Shown: one piece after another, positions 54,164 to 61,851 of the stretch
Layout: each line of letters opens with the position of its first letter
How positions within the stretch are numbered: the stretch's first letter is position 1
Assembly: GCA_021323865.1 (NCBI GenBank)
Contig: JAJPKF010000025.1
Span: forward strand, 128,355-192,354
Origin: Pseudomonadota bacterium
GTDB taxonomy: Bacteria; Chloroflexota; UBA5177; JAJPKF01
Reading direction: 5' to 3'
Length of the DNA stretch: 64,000 nucleotides
Translations under genes and position numbers: made by a program
The notes under the pieces: generated by a model
Told to the model about the DNA's origin: nothing
Database searches by the model: none
What the model saw: the letters and a program-made list of their open reading frames with translations, nothing else

Positions 54164-55459
54164 TCACCCCTGCGGCGGGACAGCAGTCCAGCGCGCGAAG
54201 ACCGACGCGGGAACGCGCTTCACGGACGCTGAGTGTCTTGTGACCACGTCCACATCCTCCATAAAGGTCACACCCTTGGACTGATCGCGCCCGACAACCA
54301 CAGCGAAGTGCTCCCCACCCGGCTCAAAGACTCCGGCGATTGGCGCCCCTGTCACGTGGACCGAACGAAGGTGACTCGTCTGGTCCAGGATTCGTACGAT
54401 GTGAGGCATAGTCGCCGGACCCGGGAGCAGTGTCGCCACGAGTCCATGGCCGGCGACAAAAGGCGGCGGCACTGACCCAACGTCCTTGGGAAGCCACGAG
54501 GCGAGGACCGCCAGGGTCCGGGCAGGGCCGCGCGGCAGGCGCCACTCGGTAAGCGCCCATCGGTTCACTTGATCGTGGTTACTGGCCCCTCTCCAACGCC
54601 AGTAAAGGACCGCGTGCCCTCCGTAGGTCCATGTGAATCCCCCGTCGCTTCGAACATCGGGCGGTCGGCCGGGCCGAATAAGGTCTCCTCGGCGACCTGG
54701 TGGATGGATGACGGTGACCGCGCCGGGACGGTCGGCCGATGCGAAGCCTACCCAGAGAGGCCCGGCAGGATTCGGGCGCTTCTGGTGGGCACCTCCCTTA
54801 AGGAGATTGATTTGCCAAAGAAGGCGATGACCATGGGTCGACCAGGCATAGTCACTGTAGAGGTATCCGGTCGCTCCGGTACCAACCGTCTTCCTAACTC
54901 TCGTCCCCAGGCTGTAGACGCGCAGAAAGCCCTGGACGCCTGGGGTCCCGACTGGGTACTCCTCAGCCACTAGGTAGGCCAGATATTTCCCGTCGGCAGA
55001 AAACATCGGGCGGAACCCCTTTTCGATCACCATGCTTCTGCCTGTACTGAGGTTCACGAGGTGAATCCGGAAGTCGGGGTCATCGTAGGCAAGCCACCGC
55101 CGATCCGAGGACACGTCTAGACAGGTGCCGGCCCCCGGCGAAAAATAGGCCCGAAGAGGCCTCCAGAGTCGGGTAACAGTACCGTTCGTGCGGTGAAGCA
55201 GGAGTTTGATGCTTACCGAACGGCCGTGGGTGTCGACCCGGCCCAAAGCCGCGGCCGTCACAAGCCGACTACTCGGCGAGTGACTCCTGAGACCCGCGCG
55301 TTCCCATGCGGCGGACCCGAGAAGCAGGCAGCATGACAGAGTCAACCACCCTAACCGCAGGCAAGCTGCTTTCCGCCCATCACAGTCGGCCCTCGGCCGG
55401 TGAACTGCTTGACCAGCGTCCGTTAGTACGGAGCTTGCCGCGGTAGGCCGAATGTCCAT
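54164..55459 (-). CDS. TolB/PD40-like beta-propeller protein with N-terminal anchor
   Basis: 431 aa; VSSDRRWLAY, FSADGKYLAYL PD40-like strands; sample line 55% GC. Confidence 0.7.
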   Translation of the reverse strand: MDIRPTAASSVLTDAGQAVHRPRADCDGRKAACLRLGWLTLSCCLLLGSAAWERAGLRSHSPSSRLVTAAALGRVDTHGRSVSIKLLLHRTNGTVTRLWRPLRAYFSPGAGTCLDVSSDRRWLAYDDPDFRIHLVNLSTGRSMVIEKGFRPMFSADGKYLAYLVAEEYPVGTPGVQGFLRVYSLGTRVRKTVGTGATGYLYSDYAWSTHGHRLLWQINLLKGGAHQKRPNPAGPLWVGFASADRPGAVTVIHPPGRRGDLIRPGRPPDVRSDGGFTWTYGGHAVLYWRWRGASNHDQVNRWALTEWRLPRGPARTLAVLASWLPKDVGSVPPPFVAGHGLVATLLPGPATMPHIVRILDQTSHLRSVHVTGAPIAGVFEPGGEHFAVVVGRDQSKGVTFMEDVDVVTRHSASVKRVPASVFARWTAVPPQG

Positions 55460-55620
55460 GGGATGATCTCCTCGCGCGATGCGTTAGGTTCACGACACAT
55501 AGGTCACAAAACTCCAGGGTGGCAATGCCCCAGGTCGGATCGAGAGACCACGCCCTTCGGTTCATTAAGTATATGCCTCCTCTAGCCGGCACCGCCGAGG
55601 TTAATCCAAACACGCCGGTG

Positions 55621-55759
55621 TGGATCAACCGCCGGCAGCTGAGCCACCGAACAATTGGACGGAACCAGACGAGGGCCGGGAGCTTTTGCTCCCGGCCCTT
55701 TGCGAAAAGCCCAGGCGCTATCCGCGAGAAGCGTGTCTTCCGCCGCAAGCACGACATCC
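55621..55759 (+). repeat. ~139-bp direct repeat, copy B (hairpin 55673-55698 + TTT)
   Basis: gggccgggag-cttttg-ctcccggccc-ttt gcgaaaagcccaggcgctatccgcgagaagcgtgtcttccgcc; same orientation as copy A. Confidence 0.7.
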
Positions 55760-55788
55760 AAAAACAATATGGCATCATAGGCGCAGGA

Positions 55789-56069
55789 TGACGGCGGACG
55801 GGCAGGGCTACGACGAGGCTGCGGACGTGACGCCGGATACCGTGCCGCCCTCCTCGGATCAGCCACAGCCCGGGAACGGCGGCGAGGCGGGCACGCCGAA
55901 CGAGCCGGGCGAGATCGCCAATCCCGCCCGCCAGGCGGAGAGCGCAACGCCGCCTGCCGGCCAGGAGCCGGAGACTGCCGAGCCCCGCAACCGGGCCGAG
56001 CGCCGGCAGCGCCGCTTCCATCAGGGCAACCGCCCCCCGTGGGATGAGACCCGTCACCGCAAACACTGA
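55789..56069 (+). CDS. small disordered acidic/Pro-rich protein with basic tail (93 aa)
   Basis: Very high GC3 in this frame; weak SD; no family recognised. Confidence 0.45.
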
Positions 56070-56360
56070 TCTCACGGCATGCCCCACCGGAACAGGCGAT
56101 ACCGAGCGCCCGGCGACTCTCGCCCACACGCGTCTCCCCAACCGGCTCGCGAACCTCGCCGGCGCCGATCCTTCCACAGCCTCGCCGCGTCGCATCTCTG
56201 CGCGTACAGGCAGGCGTCGAGGATTCGGCCGTCCGGCGCCTCGCCGACCCCTCGACCCGGTCGCGGTTGAGCATGTCCCCGGCGTCTCGCACCTGTCACC
56301 GCCACCGTCGCCGCCACAGCGTCTTGACGCTCCCATGATCCCGCTGACCTCGAACACGAC

Positions 56361-58124
56361 GTGGTGATCGCCGCGCCGCCGCGTCCCCGCGAGCTACGCG
56401 GCCGCCGGGCCGTCTGGCGCATCGCCGAGCCACTCGACCCGGCCGTGGTCCAGAACGTCCCCAGCGTCTCCCGCATGGTCGGCCATCTGCTCTTCCAGCG
56501 CGGCATCGCCGATCCCCAGGAGATGGCCACCTTTCTGAGTGGTCCGCCGCCCGAGCACGATCCCCGCCTGCTCCCGGACATCGAGGCCGCCGCCGAACGC
56601 ATTCGCCGGGCCGCCCAAGAGCGCGAGCGCGTGGCCATCTGGGGCGACTTCGACTGCGACGGCCTCACCGCCTCCGCCATCCTGCAGGAGGCCTTCCGCA
56701 TCCTGCACATCGAGCCCGTGGTGATCATCCCCACGCGTGACGACGGCCATGGCCCCTCCGGCGACCGCCTGCGCGAGCTGGCCGCTGGCGGCGTCACCCT
56801 GCTGGTCACGGCCGACTGCGGCATCGCCGACCTCGCGGCGCTCGCGGCCGGACAAGACGCCGGCCTCGATCTGATCGTCACCGACCACCACCAGCCGCAT
56901 GCCGACGGTACCCTGCCGCCCGGCCTGGTGGTAAGCCCCACCCGCCGGGACGCCGCCTATCCCTTTCAGGGCCTGTCCGGCGCCGGCGTCGCCTACAAGC
57001 TGGCCCAGGTGCTCCTGGAATCACCCGATCGCTACCTCCAGCTCCTCGACCTGGCCGCCTTCGGCACCATCGCCGACGTCGTGCCCCTGCAGGATGAGAA
57101 CCGGGCGCTGGTCATGGCCGGCCTGGAGGGCCTGCGCAGCACCCGGCGCTGCGGCCTGCGCGCGCTCTTCTCGGTCGCGGGCATCGAGCCCTCCCGGATC
57201 GACGCCGGCTCGGTGGGCTGGTATCTGGGCCCCCGCATCAACGCCGCGAACCGGATCGCCGACCCGGCCATCGCCTTCGAGCTGATCACCACCCTCGATG
57301 CCGTCCGGGCCCAGCGGCTGGCCGAGCAGCTCGACGCCCACAATGACCTGCGCCAGACGCAGGTCGCCGCCGCCGTCGAGGAGGCGGTGGAGATCATGGG
57401 CGCGCCGGCCGAGGCCACCGTCGACATCCGCGAGGGCCGCCGGCCGCCCATCGCCTGCGTCTCCGGCTCGTGGGGCCCCGGCATCTCCGGCCTGGTCGCC
57501 TCCAGCCTGGTGGAGCGCTACGGCGTGCCCGCGCTGGCCGCCTCGCCCCGCAAGGACGGCCGCATCTCCGCCAGTGGCCGCTCCATTCGGGGCGTCAACA
57601 TCCTGGAGATCCTGGAGGCAGCCTCGGCGGACCGGCCCGAGGCGTTCCTGGGCTTCGGCGGTCACTCCATGGCCTGCGGCTTCATCACCACTCGCGAGCG
57701 GCTCCCGGAGGCATTCGCCGCCGTCGAGGCCGTGGCGCGATCAAGGGTGCCCGTCGACGACCTGGGCATCACCATGTCCATCGACGCGCAGGTGCGGCTG
57801 CACCAGCTCGACCTGCGGGCGGTGGAGCAGATCGAATCGCTGGCTCCCTACGGACAGGCGTTCCCCGAGCCTCGGTTCCTCGCCTGCGGCATCTATCTGC
57901 GGGGCCGGCGCCCCTTCGGCGCCGATGGACGACACCTCAAGATGACCGCCTGCTCCGGCGACCAGCGGGTCTCCGCCATCTGCTTCAGCTGCAGCCGCGA
58001 GCTGCGCGACTTTCCCGAGGACCAGCCGCTCGACCTGGCCATCGCTCTCGTGCGGGACGAGCGCAACGGCGCCAGCCGGCCGCAAATTCGCATCGAGGAC
58101 TGGCGGCCGCACCAGGAGGACTGA
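56361..58124 (+). CDS. recJ: single-stranded-DNA-specific exonuclease RecJ
   Basis: DHH motifs IWGDFDCDGLTASAIL, VTADCGI, VTDHHQP; DHHA1 GFGGHSMACG. Confidence 0.9.
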   Translation: MVIAAPPRPRELRGRRAVWRIAEPLDPAVVQNVPSVSRMVGHLLFQRGIADPQEMATFLSGPPPEHDPRLLPDIEAAAERIRRAAQERERVAIWGDFDCDGLTASAILQEAFRILHIEPVVIIPTRDDGHGPSGDRLRELAAGGVTLLVTADCGIADLAALAAGQDAGLDLIVTDHHQPHADGTLPPGLVVSPTRRDAAYPFQGLSGAGVAYKLAQVLLESPDRYLQLLDLAAFGTIADVVPLQDENRALVMAGLEGLRSTRRCGLRALFSVAGIEPSRIDAGSVGWYLGPRINAANRIADPAIAFELITTLDAVRAQRLAEQLDAHNDLRQTQVAAAVEEAVEIMGAPAEATVDIREGRRPPIACVSGSWGPGISGLVASSLVERYGVPALAASPRKDGRISASGRSIRGVNILEILEAASADRPEAFLGFGGHSMACGFITTRERLPEAFAAVEAVARSRVPVDDLGITMSIDAQVRLHQLDLRAVEQIESLAPYGQAFPEPRFLACGIYLRGRRPFGADGRHLKMTACSGDQRVSAICFSCSRELRDFPEDQPLDLAIALVRDERNGASRPQIRIEDWRPHQED

Positions 58125-58130
58125 CCGCCG

Positions 58131-59594
58131 CTACCAGCCGCCGTCGTCGACGGTGGGCCCGGAGCGGATGATGCCGCCAAAGGCCGGTGGCCCCATGGCC
58201 CCCGCGGCCCGAACCGTGAGCGCCAGCGACATGACGAAGTCGTCATGCCCCGTGGCGGCCGGCGAGGAGAACTCCATCTCCTCCGAACCGCGCAGGCGGT
58301 AGCGAACCGAGCGCAGCTGCGCCCAGCATTCCCCGAGATCGGCATCACCCGGCGCTAGATAGAGCGATAGCCGGCCGGTCTCCACCGACGACAGCAGGCC
58401 GAAGCCCAGGTCGCTCTTGCTCTTTCCGGTGAAGACCACCGGGTCGAGCCGCGAGGGCAGCGACCGGTGAAGGAAGGAGGCCAGGCCGGCGCCCACACCG
58501 GTGGCGTCGACGCAGACGCGCGTCACCTGCCAGACGCTCTGGAGCAGCTCCATCATGCGGTGATACTGCTCCACGTGCGTCAGATCGCGCCACCGATAGT
58601 GCCGCACCACGCGGATGGCCGGCAGCCGCGAACCGGTCGCGGGATCGGACGGCCCCGTGTCGGCGATGGTTATCACCGTCTCGTCATGCTCGTTGAGTGC
58701 TCGGCCCACACGGCCCGCAGGCACCACCACCTGACCCGCGACATCCACGCCCGCCACGTATTGCCGGCCCAGCAGCGGGCCATCCAGCCGCGGGTGCCGA
58801 CCCTGCATCCGCTCCAGGAGATGGGCCGGGAAGAGGCGGCCCACGGAGGAGATCGGCTCCAGCAGGTACTGAGTCTTGACGGTCGGGTGCTCGTGGCCCA
58901 GGCGCTCGATCTCGGCCTCCACGAACGCGCGGTAGGGCGGCGAGATGGACCCCAGGATCGGCCATGGCGCCTCGAAGTTCAGGCGCCGGTTGAGGCGGCC
59001 CTCCTGCTCCCGGTTATGGCGGCGCTGCTGCTCCAGGATGTTGTCCTCGTCCCAGGCCGTTCCGTACAGCACCGTGGTGGCGCGGGTGGTGGCCGCCATG
59101 GGCCGGAACTTCCGCCAGTACACGTCCTCGTCCACATCCTGCGCCTCGTCGACGGCCAGCAGGATGGACGCGGTCGAGCCCACCACGTTGGCGCTGGGAT
59201 CGGCGGAGAGAAAGAGGATGCGGGCGTTGTCCATCTCGATGGCATGCCCATGGCGGCCCGTCCACCGGCCCTCGGAGAAGGGCGTGGCCAGCACCTCGCG
59301 CAGCCGGAGCATGGAGGTGAGGAGCTGGGGATGGAAGGTGGGCGCGGCCTTGACGATCTGGCCCCCGGACCCCGCGAAGCGATGTAGCAGGTAGGCCTCG
59401 AGCTGGGCGGCCAGCTCGTTCTTGCCCGACTGGCGGGCCATGAGGATGGTGAAGGTCCGGCCCTCGCCCCGCCGCACCGAATCCCATACCGCCTCCCCCG
59501 CCTCCAGCTGGTAGGGCCGGAGCATGCGCGGCGCGGCCAGACGCGAGAAGCCGGCCAGTGATGCCAGGGCGGGGTCGCCCTCGGGAGTGTCCAT
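58131..59594 (-). CDS. phage terminase large subunit-like protein (orphan)
   Basis: Walker A-like FTILMARQSGKN, Walker B LLAVDEAQDV, C-terminal nuclease-like VAGVDVAG...CVDATGVGAGL; no adjacent small terminase or portal. Confidence 0.85.
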   Translation of the reverse strand: MDTPEGDPALASLAGFSRLAAPRMLRPYQLEAGEAVWDSVRRGEGRTFTILMARQSGKNELAAQLEAYLLHRFAGSGGQIVKAAPTFHPQLLTSMLRLREVLATPFSEGRWTGRHGHAIEMDNARILFLSADPSANVVGSTASILLAVDEAQDVDEDVYWRKFRPMAATTRATTVLYGTAWDEDNILEQQRRHNREQEGRLNRRLNFEAPWPILGSISPPYRAFVEAEIERLGHEHPTVKTQYLLEPISSVGRLFPAHLLERMQGRHPRLDGPLLGRQYVAGVDVAGQVVVPAGRVGRALNEHDETVITIADTGPSDPATGSRLPAIRVVRHYRWRDLTHVEQYHRMMELLQSVWQVTRVCVDATGVGAGLASFLHRSLPSRLDPVVFTGKSKSDLGFGLLSSVETGRLSLYLAPGDADLGECWAQLRSVRYRLRGSEEMEFSSPAATGHDDFVMSLALTVRAAGAMGPPAFGGIIRSGPTVDDGGW

Positions 59595-59603
59595 GGTCGT
59601 GCC

Positions 59604-59631
59604 ACGATACCGGCACGGCCCCGGCCGTCAA
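59604..59631 (-). promoter_or_regulatory. promoter-like TTGACG-16 nt-TATCGT immediately upstream of terminase ATG
   Basis: -10 ends 9 nt before ATG 59594 and no SD is present, suggesting a leaderless or very short-leader transcript. Confidence 0.35.
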
Positions 59632-59641
59632 GGGACTGCCG

Positions 59642-60199
59642 CTACGCCCAGCGCGCCGCCATCAGGCGCTGCCACTGCACCAGCGCCAGGATGAAGGTGA
59701 TCAGCACCAGGACGTGCACGCCCGAGCACCATTCACAGTAGTGGTGTAGGCGCAGGGCCTCCACCGACAGCAGATACAGCACGAAGAGCAGGCCAAGAAC
59801 CGCCCAGATGAGGTGCGCACCGGCGATGCGCAGCTGCGAGTAACGCAGCCGGCCGGAGGCGGCCAGCAGTGAGGCCGCTGCCAGGGCGCCCGACACCACG
59901 AACCAGCCGATGCCCGGAACGGTGATGGGAATGGACGTCGTGCCCACCACCGAGTAGGGGCTGCTGGTGACCAGGGCACAGTTGACGATGCCGTTGGTGG
60001 GGCAGGCCAGGGGCAGCTTGGCGTAATGGACCACGGTCAGGTAGGCCGAGATGCCGATGCCGACCACCGAGATGACCATGATGAGCCAGGGCAGCCAGAC
60101 GGGCACCACCGGTCCCGCTGCGGCGGGCGGCTCGGCTGGTTCGGAGGCCGCCCGCGCCGGTTTCCGCTCCGGCGCGCGAACGGCGCTGCGGTTGGCCAT
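59642..60199 (-). CDS. vitamin K epoxide reductase (VKOR) family protein
   Basis: 4-5 TM; loop cysteines (ACPTNGIVNC) and CEWC active site. Confidence 0.88.
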   Translation of the reverse strand: MANRSAVRAPERKPARAASEPAEPPAAAGPVVPVWLPWLIMVISVVGIGISAYLTVVHYAKLPLACPTNGIVNCALVTSSPYSVVGTTSIPITVPGIGWFVVSGALAAASLLAASGRLRYSQLRIAGAHLIWAVLGLLFVLYLLSVEALRLHHYCEWCSGVHVLVLITFILALVQWQRLMAARWA

Positions 60200-61129
60200 C
60201 TAGAACTTCAGCTTGGCTTCGAGGGCCGGGATGGGCTTCGCGGAGCAGACCGACGCGGGCTTGTTGCCGTCGACCCGGCAGATACCGGCCGTGATCCAGT
60301 TGGCGTTCCCGAAGACCGCCCGGGCCTGGGGTGAGCCGGCATTCACCAGGCCGCCGGCAATCTGGGACCACGACAGCGCCGACGAGTAGGGGTCCGTGGT
60401 GTTGGCGTGGAGCGCCCCGTCGATGGCGATGCTGGGCAGATTACCCACCGCCTTGCCGTCCAGATAGAGAAAGGGGAAGCCCAGCGCCTGCGTGGAGTAG
60501 GGCTTCTTGTCGTAGCGGTTGATCACCGTCTGCTCCCGAGCCGTGGGCGTCTGGAGCGCGCGGCCGTTGCGGTCCTCAACCTCTCGGGCCGAGAACGCCA
60601 GGTAGGGGCTGGTGTAGCTCGCATGCCTGAAGGTGAAGGTGTTGGTGGAGGGAAAGACGTCGTTGGCCGTCGACTTCATCAGTCCCAGGCCCTTGAAGGT
60701 GCCGAAGCGGGAGAGCGCGGCGATCATGCCCCAGCGCTCCGCGGCGCAGTAGGGGCAGAACTCGGCGCCGTAGTAGAGCAGCTCCGGCTTGCCGCCCAGT
60801 GTGAAGGGCGTCTGCCGGCCCTTGATCTTGGTCCATGGGTTGGGGACGCCGCCGGATCCCACGGTCGCCAGCTCGCTCTGGCCGGGTGACGTCACGGCGG
60901 TCAGGATCGACTTGGGCACCGGCTTGTTGTCGAAGCTGCCGCCCGCGTTTGAGCTGCCGTTGTTGGAGACCACGATCGCCACGACCACCACGGCGATGAC
61001 CAGCACGGCCGCTCCCAGGCCCCAGGGGCCGAGATACCAGGGGGTCGCCGGACGGCCTCGCTGGCTGGGTCTGCCGCCACGCCGCTGTCCGGCGCGCTGC
61101 TGCTGCCGCCGGGCCTGTCGAGTTGCCAT
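60200..61129 (-). CDS. DUF929 thioredoxin-like (CPYC) membrane-anchored protein
   Basis: AAGGAGAGGA SD; basic N-terminus, one TM, YYGAEFCPYCAAERW; stop abuts VKOR start. Confidence 0.85.
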   Translation of the reverse strand: MATRQARRQQQRAGQRRGGRPSQRGRPATPWYLGPWGLGAAVLVIAVVVVAIVVSNNGSSNAGGSFDNKPVPKSILTAVTSPGQSELATVGSGGVPNPWTKIKGRQTPFTLGGKPELLYYGAEFCPYCAAERWGMIAALSRFGTFKGLGLMKSTANDVFPSTNTFTFRHASYTSPYLAFSAREVEDRNGRALQTPTAREQTVINRYDKKPYSTQALGFPFLYLDGKAVGNLPSIAIDGALHANTTDPYSSALSWSQIAGGLVNAGSPQARAVFGNANWITAGICRVDGNKPASVCSAKPIPALEAKLKF

Positions 61130-61335
61130 GCTGTTGTTCCTCTCCTTCGGGCCGGATAGGCCGGCCGCGCCTGGGCCGCTTGTCACATCTATTCTCACCC
61201 CTCAACCTGAGAAGGAGATTAAGCTTCGTCCGGCGCGCTGACCAAGGGTCGATCTGCGCCGGCCGCCGGTTCGCGCCTCGCGACCGTCAGCCGTCCGTCC
61301 TCCTTGCCCCCCAGGCTCATGCGCTAGGCTGACCC

Positions 61336-61845
61336 GTGATCGGCTCCTCCATGCTCACCTTTACCCGCGGCCGGAGCCGCTTCGTGGCCCGCGTGGCCGG
61401 CATCGCCGTTCACGACGGCCAGGTCCTCCTGCATCGCGAGGAGGGCTGGGACTTCTGGGTCCCGCCAGGTGGCCGCGTGGAGTTTTTCGAGACCAGCGGC
61501 GCCGCGCTGGAGCGGGAGATGCGGGAAGAGCTGGGCGTCGAGACCCGTGCCGGCCGGCTGATCTGGCTGGCGGAAAGCATGTTCACGTTCGGGGACACGG
61601 AGTTTCACGAGATCGGCATCTATCTGGAGCTGATCCTCCCGACCGAGCTGGCTCCGGAGCGCCGTCCGGCCTTCGACGGGCGTGAGGGCGACCGCGTCCT
61701 GCGCTTCCGCTGGTTCGCCTGCGACGAGCTGGACGACCTGGCCCTCTTCCCCACCTTCCTGCGTGCGGGGTTGAAGCGGCTGCCCGCCGTCCCTGAGCAT
61801 GTATTGGACATCGACCGGCAGGGAGGCGGGCCACCCGCCCGGTGA
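61336..61845 (+). CDS. NUDIX hydrolase
   Basis: Nudix box GGRVEFFETSGAALEREMREELGV. Confidence 0.8.
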   Translation: MIGSSMLTFTRGRSRFVARVAGIAVHDGQVLLHREEGWDFWVPPGGRVEFFETSGAALEREMREELGVETRAGRLIWLAESMFTFGDTEFHEIGIYLELILPTELAPERRPAFDGREGDRVLRFRWFACDELDDLALFPTFLRAGLKRLPAVPEHVLDIDRQGGGPPAR

Positions 61846-61851
61846 GGCGGG

